Shown here: positions 8,701 through 17,862 of the stretch, in pieces
Layout of the letters: every line of letters starts with the position of its first letter
How positions within the stretch are numbered: position 1 is the stretch's first letter
Source of the DNA: Candidatus Latescibacterota bacterium
GTDB lineage: Bacteria > Latescibacterota > UBA2968
DNA length: 64,000 nucleotides
Assembly (NCBI GenBank): GCA_965207885.1
Contig: OZ242311.1
Coordinates: 4,320,001-4,384,000 of the forward strand
Direction of reading: 5' to 3'
The notes under the pieces: generated by a model
The model's database searches: none
Seen by the model: the letters and a program-made list of their open reading frames with translations, nothing else
Told to the model about the DNA's origin: nothing
Made by a program: the position numbers and the translations under genes

Positions 8701-8965
8701 TCCTGATTCTCAAATCGGAGTGGAGGACCTGGGATTGTATGGTTATCGAATCGAAGATATGGGTCAGCGGACCTTATCCGCTTCTCAAGACCGCCCAATC
8801 GTTCCCTTAAATGAGTTTGAACGCCGCTACATCCTCGACGTGCTCAAAGCCACCAAATATCAGATAAAGGGACCTGAGGGCGCGGCGACATTGCTGGGAG
8901 TACCGCCTTCTACCCTGTACGGCAAAATGAAAAGACTGGGTATCAAAAATCAAAAACCAAAGTAG
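5750..8965 (+). CDS. sigma54-dependent enhancer-binding protein with two-component-regulator beta-propellers and Y_Y_Y domain
   Basis: Many QDSxGxLWFAT repeats; YIYRLEGYDSDW..YRDLPPGDYAFQVRA (Y_Y_Y); GETGVGK, ELFGHEKGAFTTA, LFLDEIG, FREDLYYRL, WPGNVREL; C-terminal AATLLGVPPSTLYGKMKRLGI HTH. Confidence 0.95.
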   Translation: MTKPLDRTGTWQTYSLDSGLAGMRIEHIAQDSEGCLWFATWDNGASRFDGDEFRNFTERDGLCSDRTFFVQKDSRDRLWFGTSKGVCWYDGANFHHLKDDGIAGRSVQCIYEDSEGRIWFGGKSTLGYYDGTAFHDMTPLYLQRYEQPPSPKVSFCWGITQDMEGHLWFGFDYLIRFDGQSFYRYDEKEGFPKDAVAYVLDRDHTGKVWIGRFENRDELWCYADGTFQSVQVDLGGWLRKIQCDREGRIWFCTSEGVLYQDGNRFSRFPLVDGLHPAVKAVFQDGEDQFWFATWSGIGLYDAHSISVFDPDKVFPKDIEPCEISQLVQDSRGDIWIGYISPILASLGKRVARFDGKDFAFLGPEQDFAIDNCLSIYEDHEGYLWFGGGTGLFRYDGQKIEKTEIATGLGEKSISTITQDAQGQFLFGHWESGTPINREDFLISPLKLIYQQGEQFQTIFVEKEKKDAFSHISRIGTVIVGRTGEVWFHLAYHNFSDTDKGFARWHPKDGLKFYGLEDGLIDDRVTDLLEDHQGNLWIATQGGLACFDGSNFQAFTIEDGLPNNRIRCLFEDSRGHLWLGTDGGVVHYDGQHFQTIKSPHIGLVCKILEDRDGNFWFGTALGSIIRYRQRQTPPQIRLLRVIVDKVYENSKEVIVSTAGQQVIFEYKGMSFSTHPRDMLYIYRLEGYDSDWQPATRKMRVHYRDLPPGDYAFQVRAIDHDLNYSEIAQARLSVEPDPRIEAFTDVINHRGSQKFIGHSAALRQFQTNLEKIAPTNITVLIMGETGVGKGLAARVLHALSANSEGPFIEVSCGALPEALIDSELFGHEKGAFTTAVSHRLGRVELAKGGTLFLDEIGDMALETQVKLLRLLEEGTFERVGSSETLTAQTRIVAATNRDLKEMVSTGDFREDLYYRLNAFLMYLPPLRERKEDIPELAEYFKDRLSAHIGKQTDPLTPEIIKILQTYDWPGNVRELEHTIQRAVILCPDSQIGVEDLGLYGYRIEDMGQRTLSASQDRPIVPLNEFERRYILDVLKATKYQIKGPEGAATLLGVPPSTLYGKMKRLGIKNQKPK

Positions 8966-8966
8966 A

Positions 8967-9923
8967 TTATACATTATCGCGAATTTTTCCCCAAACAGTA
9001 GCCGCAGCGTGGACATCTTGAATCGCCAGACCGCTCGAATACGCAATACATCCCTGCCCGCGCAAGTGTTCCAAATGTCCCAATGCTGCATGCCCGATAT
9101 TTAATATCTCATCCCCCTCGCCTTTTACCCAGCGGGGCGTCTCCTCTCTCTCGCACAACGCGAGAAACTCCCCCGACTTCAGCACCTGATCACCGTGATC
9201 AGGCACCATAAATCGCCGCGTCAACAATCCCGGATCCAATTGCGTGGAGCGCCCATCGCCTCCAATCACAGAAATATGCACCTGGCTTTCCACATCGAAT
9301 AGAATCGGCTCAGGCGTTGGCACAGAAGTAAAAATGGCATCTGCCCCATCAATACAGGACTCAATATCCGCAACCACCTCCAGATCACAGGAAATATCCC
9401 CTCCAACTTCTGCTTGATATGCCGCACGCCTCTCGGGCGTCCTGCTCGTTACGCGTATGGTCTCTGGCGCCAGAGCCGCATCAATACACCTACCCAGTGC
9501 CTGTGCAATGCGCCCCGTCCCCAGAATCGCCGCCGTGCGTACCGGCGACTTAGCCAAATACTTCGCCCCCAACGCGCCCGCCGCGCCCGTACGCATATTG
9601 GTAATACGCTCGGCATCAAACGAAATGCGGTCGCCCCTCCGCACATCCTCCAACTCGATCACAGCGGTTCTCGAACCCAACCGCCCCACCTTGACATCCG
9701 AACGCTCCTCAATAACCTTTTGTCCCGTAAATCTCCCCTTCCACCAGCCCGGCATCACCAGACGAAAAAGATCCATCTCACCCTCGCGCGAAACCTCTTC
9801 TTTCCGCAGCGGACTGACCATTTTCCCAAGACCATAAAGCCGAAACGCCTCGTCGCAACTCTCGACAAAATCCCGTGTCGTCATCACCGAAGCAATTTGC
9901 TCATCTGAAATATACTGTCGCAT
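8967..9923 (-). CDS. Ornithine cyclodeaminase/mu-crystallin family protein
   Basis: ITNMRTGAAGALGAKYLA, ILGTGRIA, SSGLAIQD; start MRQY after GAGGA. Confidence 0.85.
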   Translation of the reverse strand: MRQYISDEQIASVMTTRDFVESCDEAFRLYGLGKMVSPLRKEEVSREGEMDLFRLVMPGWWKGRFTGQKVIEERSDVKVGRLGSRTAVIELEDVRRGDRISFDAERITNMRTGAAGALGAKYLAKSPVRTAAILGTGRIAQALGRCIDAALAPETIRVTSRTPERRAAYQAEVGGDISCDLEVVADIESCIDGADAIFTSVPTPEPILFDVESQVHISVIGGDGRSTQLDPGLLTRRFMVPDHGDQVLKSGEFLALCEREETPRWVKGEGDEILNIGHAALGHLEHLRGQGCIAYSSGLAIQDVHAAATVWGKIRDNV

Positions 9924-9960
9924 GTATTCCTCACTTAAGAATGGGCAAGCCCCACCCAAC

Positions 9961-9988
9961 GGGCGGGCACGGGGGCACCGCCCCTACA
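9961..9988 (-). repeat. GTAG-type REP-like palindrome
   Basis: TGTAGGGGCGGTGCCCCCGTGCCCGCCC; degenerate copies at 42681-42742. Confidence 0.6.
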
Positions 9989-10112
9989 TTGATTGAATTA
10001 TCATACTGACATTGTGCTGCACGTGTGCCTGATCATTGACATTTGTTTTTGGGCGATCTATTTTAAGGCTATAGGGATACAATGTAATCAACTGAACCGG
10101 ACGAGGTAATGA

Positions 10113-10874
10113 GTGAGATTATTTACACTCAAAACAGCCTCTCTGATCTTACTTCTTGGGGAGATTTTCATGGCACACCCAACTCATGCCGATCGCCCAA
10201 TGTACACTATTTATCGCGCAGGCACACCAATTGTAATTGACGGACGCCTGGATGAACCCGCATGGGTCGCGGCCCCAGACGTGGGAGCCTTTGTATTTCC
10301 GTGGTACGAATCGGGCAAAAAAGAACAAACCATAGCCAAAATGCTATGGGACGACAATAACTTATACGTCTCATACATCTGTGAAGATGCACATATTTGG
10401 GCAGAACACACCACGCGCGATTCCGACGTGTGGAAAGACGACACCGTCGAAGTATTCACAGCACCCAATCCCAATCAGCCCCAGGCTTATTTCAATATCG
10501 AAATGAACGTACTCGGCATCTTTCTCGACCAGTTTCATCCACAAGGTCCAGATGCACCCGTACCCGGCGAGTGGAACGGCGAAGGTATTCAAATCAAAAC
10601 GCAGATAGCAGGCACATTGAACGATGACAGCGACGAAGACGAATACTGGATATTGGAAGCCGCCATACCCTTTGCTAATTTTGCACACGTCGCCGTACAT
10701 ACCCCACCCAAAACCGGTGACATCTGGCACTTAAATCTAAATCGCCTGGGCGGAAAAACCAATGAGCAATTTAGCCAGTGGTCGGGCAGCCGCACGCCGG
10801 AGCCGCAGTTTCATTCGCCAGATGATTTTGGGCGGGTAGTATTCTCGGATAAAGCGAGTCCATTCTCGCGATAA
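10113..10874 (+). CDS. Carbohydrate-binding family 9-like (DOMON-like) protein
   Basis: IDGRLDEPAW, KMLWDDNNLY, DVWKDDTVEVF, WILEAAIPF, WHLNLNR, FHSPDDFG. Confidence 0.85.
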   Translation: MRLFTLKTASLILLLGEIFMAHPTHADRPMYTIYRAGTPIVIDGRLDEPAWVAAPDVGAFVFPWYESGKKEQTIAKMLWDDNNLYVSYICEDAHIWAEHTTRDSDVWKDDTVEVFTAPNPNQPQAYFNIEMNVLGIFLDQFHPQGPDAPVPGEWNGEGIQIKTQIAGTLNDDSDEDEYWILEAAIPFANFAHVAVHTPPKTGDIWHLNLNRLGGKTNEQFSQWSGSRTPEPQFHSPDDFGRVVFSDKASPFSR

Positions 10875-10892
10875 TCGCAAAAGGAGAAAAAC

Positions 10893-11969
10893 ATGTCACA
10901 GACATTGCCATTGCTCGAAGTCAGTGGTTCGCCAACAGAGCGAGGTCAGGCGCAGGGTGAGACATTTAAGGAACTGATTCGGGACCTTGTCACCGTCAAT
11001 TTTGAGGATATGGTCCACGGAACACAGGGCTATCTGACAAAAGAGCGCGTGTATGAAATTGTATCAACTTACGCGGGACCCAACCGCGACTATGCACCCC
11101 ATCTGTTTGAAGAGATGGAAGGAATCGCCGAGGCAGCGGACGTACCCGTAGAAGACCTGCTCGCATTAAACGGCTTTTTGGAATTACACGATTATTATTC
11201 CGATGCATTTATGGTATCGGGTTGCACATCGTTCATGGTTCCGGGAAGCACATCGGGCGAAGGCGCGTTAATCGCGCAAAATTACGACCTCTCGTCAATC
11301 TATGCAGCGGCAGCAATCTTGATCAAAGTCAAAAACGAACACGCACCCGACGCGCTCTTTTACACATCTGCCGGCATGCTGGGCTGTGCGGGCGTAAACG
11401 ACGCGGGCATTGGCGTCGTCATCAACAACCTCGTGCCATCAGATGCATCGGGTGGCGTGCTTTATCCCCTCATCATTCGGCGCATCCTGGAATCCGTGCG
11501 AATTGGAGATGCCATAGATGCAGTGATAGCAAAACCGAGAGCATCGGGTATGAATTACGTAATATGCGATGAAAATGGCGAAATATACGATCTCGAAACC
11601 ACGGCGAGAGAATACGAAGTCATCTGTCCCTTTGATGGTCCCATGGCCCATTCAAATCACTACCTGACGGATCGGCTCAAGCCCTTTGAAAGGCGTCAAT
11701 GGGATCAGCGCGGCCAGAGCATCTTGCGCTGGGGACGTGCGACCAGATTATTAAAATCCTGCGACAAACGCAATGCGGACGCCCTGAAAAATATGCTATC
11801 AGACCGCGTAAATACCCCCGTGGGTATATGCCGCCACAACGAAATCCACAATGGCGAAGTCTGCGGTCAAACCATTGCCGGCATCGTGCTCGATCCCCCG
11901 GGACGAAAAGCGTGGTTCACCAGAGGACCGACCGGTGAAAACGAGTGGGTTGAATATCGTCTAAACTAA
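10893..11969 (+). CDS. C45 family autoproteolytic acyltransferase/peptidase (Ntn hydrolase)
   Basis: GSPTERGQAQG, EEMEGIAEAA, G-CTS autocleavage site, AQNYD, GVNDAG, AHSNHY. Confidence 0.9.
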   Translation: MSQTLPLLEVSGSPTERGQAQGETFKELIRDLVTVNFEDMVHGTQGYLTKERVYEIVSTYAGPNRDYAPHLFEEMEGIAEAADVPVEDLLALNGFLELHDYYSDAFMVSGCTSFMVPGSTSGEGALIAQNYDLSSIYAAAAILIKVKNEHAPDALFYTSAGMLGCAGVNDAGIGVVINNLVPSDASGGVLYPLIIRRILESVRIGDAIDAVIAKPRASGMNYVICDENGEIYDLETTAREYEVICPFDGPMAHSNHYLTDRLKPFERRQWDQRGQSILRWGRATRLLKSCDKRNADALKNMLSDRVNTPVGICRHNEIHNGEVCGQTIAGIVLDPPGRKAWFTRGPTGENEWVEYRLN

Positions 11970-11989
11970 AAAAAGCCGCATTCCTGTTA

Positions 11990-12030
11990 AGGCCGTTGCG
12001 AGAGATGATCCTCCTGCAACGGTCTTTTTT
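11990..12030 (+). terminator. Intrinsic terminator
   Basis: AGGCCGTTGC..GCAACGGTCT followed by a T tract. Confidence 0.65.
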
Positions 12031-12031
12031 C

Positions 12032-12060
12032 TTGAATAATATACAAATGTGCAGTATACT
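12032..12060 (+). promoter_or_regulatory. sigma70-type promoter
   Basis: TTGAAT-N17-TATACT upstream of the radical SAM gene. Confidence 0.55.
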
Positions 12061-12094
12061 TCTCAGGAATTAAAGCGAACGGGAGGCGGAAGAC

Positions 12095-12868
12095 ATGCCA
12101 TCATTGCACATTGACGAGACCAGTGTAAAATCGGTACTCGTGCCTCAAAATCCACCTGGCGAACCCATAACGGAATACACGCTCAACCCCTATTCCGGCT
12201 GTGGCATGGGATGTGCCTATTGCTATGTAATGAAGTTCCCATTCGCCTACGAATATCCCAAAGCATGGGGTAAATGGGTGCAGCCCAAAATGAACGCGCC
12301 ATTTTTGTTAGGCAAGGCGCGTGCCAAAATTTATGGGCGCAAAGTTTTCATGGGATCAGCAACCGATCCCTATCAATATATCGAGCGGAAATATCGATTG
12401 AGCCGACGCTGCTTAAAAGTGATGGTAGATTGCAATTTGAAGGCTCTAACCGTACATACGCGCAGTCATCTGATCTTGGACGACCTGGATTTGTTGGTGC
12501 GATTTGGCAGTCGATTGCGGGTGGGATTTTCCGTGCCGACGAATGACGATCGGGTACGCAAACGCACAGAGCCGAAAGCACCAAAAATCGGCGTACGTCT
12601 CAAAGCGATGAAGCGATTGCGCGAAGCCGGCATTCACGTCACCGCATCGCTTGCCCCCGTACTGTATTGTCAACCACGCGAATTTGCCCAACAAATAGCC
12701 GAAGCAGCTGACGGGGTATATTTTGGCAAAATGGATTATACAGACAGGACTGGGATAGCGTCCATGCCAAAAGCGCGACGCTATTTTAACAGCCTTACAT
12801 ATCGAGAATTGATTGCAGAACTCAAAGCGGAATTGATCAATGTAGGGATGTTGAAAAGCGAAAAATGA
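12095..12868 (+). CDS. Spore-photoproduct-lyase-like radical SAM protein
   Basis: NPYSGCGMGCAYCY (CxxxCxxC), SATDPYQ, TRSHLILDDLDLL, EPKAP. Confidence 0.85.
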   Translation: MPSLHIDETSVKSVLVPQNPPGEPITEYTLNPYSGCGMGCAYCYVMKFPFAYEYPKAWGKWVQPKMNAPFLLGKARAKIYGRKVFMGSATDPYQYIERKYRLSRRCLKVMVDCNLKALTVHTRSHLILDDLDLLVRFGSRLRVGFSVPTNDDRVRKRTEPKAPKIGVRLKAMKRLREAGIHVTASLAPVLYCQPREFAQQIAEAADGVYFGKMDYTDRTGIASMPKARRYFNSLTYRELIAELKAELINVGMLKSEK

Positions 12869-12875
12869 CCTGCGC

Positions 12876-14285
12876 TCATCTCCCCCCACTCGCCGCCGTA
12901 ATAAATCGCCTCTCCCTTTGACTCTTGAGCACCTGCTGTTCAATCTCTTCTGGATCACCCCAAATTTCCAATAACCGCTCGCGCATGGCATCGCGTATTT
13001 CTCGGTGTTGTGCCGACTCTGACAGATCGTTAAACTCATTCGGATCTTCTGCAATATTGAACAACTCGAGCGGATCTCCCGGGCTCATATTGAGCTTGTA
13101 ATCGCCCTTCTTGAGCATACCCACAGGGTGGATAACACCGTGGGCGAGGTATTCGCAGAAGGCTTCATCCTTCCAGGTCTCAATCTCACCATTGATCAGT
13201 GGCAAAAGGCTATCGCCGTCCAGAGGCGCAATATCCATCGAAGCGCCAGCGGCTTCGAGTATGGTAGCCACGAGATCGACGAGTGAAACATTTTGCGCCA
13301 CGCGCAAACCACCCGGAATATGCCCGGGCCAAACAATCTGAAGAGGCACGCGGGAGGACGCCTCATACATATTTGATTTGCGCCACATGCCGTGTTCACC
13401 ATTCATCTCCCCGTGATCTGAGGTATGCACAATAATGGTATTTTCAAGCTGGCCGGTTTCTTCGAGCGCATCGATGAGCTGGCCTATTTTTTCGTCCAAA
13501 TACGAGATAAGTCCGTAATAACCCGAGCGTCCCCTGCGAACGAGTTCTTCGGGAAAATCGGTCATACCAAACATCAGGCGCAGGCGTTTGTAAACCGGGT
13601 GCATATTCTCCATATGGCCTTCGGGGATATCGGGCATATCGATTTGATCCCGCGGATACATATCCCAGAACCGCCGCGGAACCACAAGCGGAAAATGAGG
13701 CGCGATAAACCCCACATTGATACACCAGGGCTGTTCTTTGCGAGCGGGATCTTTGATATACGCGAGAGCAGCTTCTTCAACCTGATCGTCAACCTGTATT
13801 TCAGTCGTTGTACCTGGCCCCGCCTGTGCAATACCCCCCCAGGGTCTCTGAGCTTCCACAACCCCCGCATCCCAATTGCCCTCGCCGCGCGGAACACCAT
13901 TCTTTGTCCACAATTCCGCATGCAAATCGCGCGCGAGTTGCGTGCGAAAACCGTGCAATTGATCGAGACCACAAAAATGCTGTTTACCCGATATCACAAC
14001 ATCGTAACCGACATTTCGCAAGCGATGCGCCCACGTAACCGTATCCGACGACATAGGAAAACCATTGTCATAAGTACCAATACGATTGATATAACGCCCC
14101 GTCATAAATGACATGCGCGACGGACCGCAAATCGGCGAATTGCAATACGCATTATCAAACGTGGCCCCCATATCGGCCAGACGCTCCATATTGGGCGATT
14201 GCACCAGTGAATGCCCGTGAATACTGCTGTATTGGGGGGCATGCTCATCAGACATAATAATCAGAATATTGGGCTTATCAGACAT
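12876..14285 (-). CDS. Sulfatase (choline-sulfatase-like)
   Basis: KPNILIIMSDEH, CGPSRMSFMTG (CxPxR), GKQH, APHFP, SDHGEM. Confidence 0.9.
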   Translation of the reverse strand: MSDKPNILIIMSDEHAPQYSSIHGHSLVQSPNMERLADMGATFDNAYCNSPICGPSRMSFMTGRYINRIGTYDNGFPMSSDTVTWAHRLRNVGYDVVISGKQHFCGLDQLHGFRTQLARDLHAELWTKNGVPRGEGNWDAGVVEAQRPWGGIAQAGPGTTTEIQVDDQVEEAALAYIKDPARKEQPWCINVGFIAPHFPLVVPRRFWDMYPRDQIDMPDIPEGHMENMHPVYKRLRLMFGMTDFPEELVRRGRSGYYGLISYLDEKIGQLIDALEETGQLENTIIVHTSDHGEMNGEHGMWRKSNMYEASSRVPLQIVWPGHIPGGLRVAQNVSLVDLVATILEAAGASMDIAPLDGDSLLPLINGEIETWKDEAFCEYLAHGVIHPVGMLKKGDYKLNMSPGDPLELFNIAEDPNEFNDLSESAQHREIRDAMRERLLEIWGDPEEIEQQVLKSQRERRFITAASGGR

Positions 14286-14300
14286 AAATACTCCTGTTCT

Positions 14301-15338
14301 TCACGCCGAAACCACATCCACAGGTTCACCGGCTTGATCGGCGAGCGCGGTATCAAAAATATTCTCAAGTGTACACTGCGGGTCGTATCCTATCAGCGTG
14401 CGCGCCTTGCTATTATCAGACCAATAGACCCACTGCATAGGAACCTCAACCGCAAAAAGAGGAACACCCGTTATCTCCGCGAGATAATCTGCCACCTCGG
14501 GAAAAGCGAGCGGCCGGTAAATCGGCGCATTGAACACCTCGCCAACAGCCGCGGGATGATCCAGCGCGCAAATACACGCCCGCGCAGTATCGCGTGCATC
14601 AGAAGGCGACCACATCCACGGACGCCCCTCGCGATCAGTAACAGCACATGGTTGATCGGGACGCTCGGCGTGGTCGAGCATATCCCGTGCAATCGCCGCG
14701 CCATCCGGATGGTAAATACCACTTTTCGGATTATTAGCGGCATCGCGGATGCGTCCTGCCACAAACTGAACATTCCAACGCCCCAGCACCTCTTTGCCCG
14801 CAAACATGCCAGAAGGACGAATAATGGACAATTGGAGATCGTGTCCATTCATATAGCCTTCGGCCATCGCTTCGTTGATATATTTCAGCGTGCCATAAAG
14901 TCCACTCGGGCGTTTGGGATGGATTTCATTCACCGGCTGATAACAGGGCGGAATATGCTGATTGCCCATCGGATAAACCGCATCGGTACTAACATGGACA
15001 AATCGGTAAAGGTGATCTGCCAACGGTGCTGCCGCTTCAAAAAGATTGTACGTACCCGTAACATTAATCTCGTAAAACGTCTGATTGTCCATACCGCGCG
15101 GTGGACCCAGAATATTTGCCGTATGAACAACCGCATCTACACCATCCACAATATCGCGACACAACGCCGCATCTCTGAGATCGCCCTCGATCTTTTCAAT
15201 ATCAAAAGGATCGAGCTTGAATTTCTTGGGATCATCGGGAAGAATCAGCGCGCGAACATCATCCCCACGCTCAACCAACTGCTTGACCACATTCGCGCCC
15301 AAACGCCCCGTAGCACCCGTAACGAGGATTTTACTCAT
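14301..15338 (-). CDS. NAD-dependent epimerase/dehydratase
   Basis: ILVTGATGRLG, INVTGTYN, YGTLK (YxxxK). Confidence 0.9.
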   Translation of the reverse strand: MSKILVTGATGRLGANVVKQLVERGDDVRALILPDDPKKFKLDPFDIEKIEGDLRDAALCRDIVDGVDAVVHTANILGPPRGMDNQTFYEINVTGTYNLFEAAAPLADHLYRFVHVSTDAVYPMGNQHIPPCYQPVNEIHPKRPSGLYGTLKYINEAMAEGYMNGHDLQLSIIRPSGMFAGKEVLGRWNVQFVAGRIRDAANNPKSGIYHPDGAAIARDMLDHAERPDQPCAVTDREGRPWMWSPSDARDTARACICALDHPAAVGEVFNAPIYRPLAFPEVADYLAEITGVPLFAVEVPMQWVYWSDNSKARTLIGYDPQCTLENIFDTALADQAGEPVDVVSA

Positions 15339-15359
15339 AGTTTGCCTCTAATAAATTCT

Positions 15360-15662
15360 CTATACTCTGGACAAGCGATGTACAACTTCAAACCGCTCGG
15401 ACTCAGTCGGCTGCGACCAGAGATCACTTGCGCCGCTCATAACGGCCTCCCGCTCGGGACTGGCGCGCCAGCCCTCGTAGATATCTTCATTCTCCCAAAT
15501 GACGAGCGTCGTAATCTTCGTCTCGTCGGCGAGACCGTGAAGCGTCTGACGGCTAACAAATCCGGGAGCCTGACTCTGGGCAATACCGTTGCGATTCAAA
15601 AGATCGCGAGCTTCATCAACACAATCATCTTTAGTCCAGTGATGCGTAAGAACGCCAATCAT
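15360..15662 (-). CDS. Antibiotic biosynthesis monooxygenase (ABM) family protein
   Basis: 100 aa; PGFVSRQ..WENEDIYEGWRASPER. Confidence 0.75.
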   Translation of the reverse strand: MIGVLTHHWTKDDCVDEARDLLNRNGIAQSQAPGFVSRQTLHGLADETKITTLVIWENEDIYEGWRASPEREAVMSGASDLWSQPTESERFEVVHRLSRV

Positions 15663-15695
15663 TAAAAACCTCCATTCGCTGTCTTCTTTCTTACT

Positions 15696-16553
15696 TCACA
15701 CTTCACACTTCTCCCCCGACTCCTGCGACTTCTCGAGCGCCTCGAGCACAGCAACGGGCGTGAGAATTGAGCCATCTGTTTCATCTGTCTCACCCGTACT
15801 GAACATACGACAAAAATCGAGAACACCTGTAAGATACGTATTCTCATCGTATCCGATCACGCGATCAGTGCGTCCCTTTTCCCCAATCACAGAAACGTGG
15901 AACCCCACGCGGCCTTCGCCAACGAGATTCATCGTTGAAATTGCGCCACTTGCAGAATAAAGCGTCGCAGTGTGATTTTGCTCCCCGCGATTGAGCTGTA
16001 CATGCGTAATATCCCAATCGAGCAGGCGCACGACCATATCGACCTGATGAATCCCGTAAAAAAAGACACCGCCATATTCAGAATCAATATCGCAGGGACC
16101 CGTCGAAACAACTGAAATAATGCGCCCGAGTTCTCGAACATCTTCTTGCAACTGCGCGAAAGACGCCTGCTTGGGCAAAACCGAAAACGAACACACAGGC
16201 ACATTGAGTTCACGCGCCCGGGCCAGAAATTCTTTGCCTTCGTCGAGACGATAGCAAAACGGCTTATCGACAAAAAGCGGAATCCCAGCCTCCAGCAATG
16301 GACGCACCGCAGGCAGGTGATATTTGGGATGGCGATGATCCACAATAGCCGCATCGACCTGCCCAATCAAATCTTCGGGATCTTGCACAATATTGGGAAT
16401 CAGCCCTCGCTCCTGTGCATCTTTCGCATCGTCCGGCGTCTCCCCCCAAACATGGGTAACGCTAAAACCGGACACGAGTTGATCAATATTAATCGTCTTT
16501 GCAATCGCCACAGTATGGCTATTCTCTGCGCCAATAATACCAATATTAGGCAT
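15696..16553 (-). CDS. Gfo/Idh/MocA family oxidoreductase
   Basis: IGIIGAENSH, LFVDKPF, YGIHQVD; start MPNIG after AAGGAG. Confidence 0.85.
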   Translation of the reverse strand: MPNIGIIGAENSHTVAIAKTINIDQLVSGFSVTHVWGETPDDAKDAQERGLIPNIVQDPEDLIGQVDAAIVDHRHPKYHLPAVRPLLEAGIPLFVDKPFCYRLDEGKEFLARARELNVPVCSFSVLPKQASFAQLQEDVRELGRIISVVSTGPCDIDSEYGGVFFYGIHQVDMVVRLLDWDITHVQLNRGEQNHTATLYSASGAISTMNLVGEGRVGFHVSVIGEKGRTDRVIGYDENTYLTGVLDFCRMFSTGETDETDGSILTPVAVLEALEKSQESGEKCEV

Positions 16554-16596
16554 AGTATCGCTCCTTTTGGTTATCTGTTTTCTGTTCCCTCTACCC

Positions 16597-17838
16597 TCAA
16601 CTCCACAGCCTGTCATTCACCTGTTCATCATTCCACGCATCTGTCGGTTCAAAATAGCCGGGCAAATTGGGATTGATATGTTCTTTAATCGCTTCCTCAT
16701 TCAAATCAACGCCGAGTCCGGGCGCGTCGGGCACCTGAATATAACCATTTTGAACAATGGGATTGGGCAAGCCAGTAACGAGCGTATTCCACGGCGGATA
16801 ATCAACCGCGTGGCATTCCAGAACCAGAAAATTATTTGTCGCAGCCGCGCAATGCACGCTCGCCATCGTCGCAACCGGCGTCGCCGCCATATGCAGAGCC
16901 ATCGCAATGCCGTGTTCCTCCGCGTAATCCCCAATCCGTTTGGTCTCGAGAATCCCCCCCGACGTGGCGAGATCCGGGTGAATAATCGAAACGGCTTTAT
17001 TATCGATCAGCGGCTTGAAATGTTCCAGAAGATAAATATCTTCACCCGTGCAAACCGGGGTCGCAGTTGCGTTCTTGAGGCGCACCCATTGATCGGTAAG
17101 TTGCCATGGAATCATATCTTCCAGCCATGCGAGATTAAACCGCTCGAGTGCGCGCGCAAGGCGAATACACGACTCCACATTGATATGCCCGAAGTGATCC
17201 GCAGCCAGAGGAATCTCGTACCCCACAATATCGCGCACAACGCCCACATATTGAACGAGAACATCGATACCCTTATCGGTAAGCTGAATACCCGTAAAAG
17301 GATGCATAACCTGCGTGGTTTCCAGCATACCCGCGGGGGAAGATACCGTACCCGGAATACCTTTGAGCAAACGCACGCCAATATCCATCTTCAAAAAAGT
17401 AAAACCCTGCTCCATGCGCGCCTTTAAGCGATTGCCCATCTCTTCGGGATCCGGCGTTGTGTGAGTATCGCAATAAATGCGGATCTGATCGCGGAATTTC
17501 CCACCTGCGAGCTGATAACAGGGCACGCCATAAGCTTTGCCCGCCAGATCCATCAAAGCCATCTCCACACCACACACACCGCCACTCTGTCGCGCATGCC
17601 ACCCGAACTGTTTGATCTTGCGAAACAGCTTATCCACATTACAGGGATTTTCACCCAAAAGCTGGCGCTTCAGTTGCAAAGCGTAAATATGACTGGCCCC
17701 ATCGCGCACCTCTCCCAAGCCATAAATACCCTGATTGGTATCCAGGCGAATAAGCGTAGAGCGCATAGGCACACCGGAAAGATTGACAACGCGCATATCG
17801 GTAATTCTGAGATCTGACGGGGATGAATGAGTATTCAT
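16597..17838 (-). CDS. Mandelate racemase/muconate lactonizing enzyme family dehydratase
   Basis: GVEMALMDLAGK, KMD, ADHFGH, WLED, CTGED. Confidence 0.9.
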   Translation of the reverse strand: MNTHSSPSDLRITDMRVVNLSGVPMRSTLIRLDTNQGIYGLGEVRDGASHIYALQLKRQLLGENPCNVDKLFRKIKQFGWHARQSGGVCGVEMALMDLAGKAYGVPCYQLAGGKFRDQIRIYCDTHTTPDPEEMGNRLKARMEQGFTFLKMDIGVRLLKGIPGTVSSPAGMLETTQVMHPFTGIQLTDKGIDVLVQYVGVVRDIVGYEIPLAADHFGHINVESCIRLARALERFNLAWLEDMIPWQLTDQWVRLKNATATPVCTGEDIYLLEHFKPLIDNKAVSIIHPDLATSGGILETKRIGDYAEEHGIAMALHMAATPVATMASVHCAAATNNFLVLECHAVDYPPWNTLVTGLPNPIVQNGYIQVPDAPGLGVDLNEEAIKEHINPNLPGYFEPTDAWNDEQVNDRLWS

Positions 17839-17862
17839 AAAATTCTCCTGTGCATTCTTTCA

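Noticed and set aside
12040-12053. Possible SOS/LexA box (ATACAAATGTGC) in the promoter of the SPL-like radical SAM gene
   Set aside because: Too degenerate relative to GAAC-N4-GTTC and the LexA motif of this lineage is not known to me
14211-15665. 484-aa plus-strand ORF
   Set aside because: Antisense to well-supported epimerase and ABM genes; no recognisable motifs
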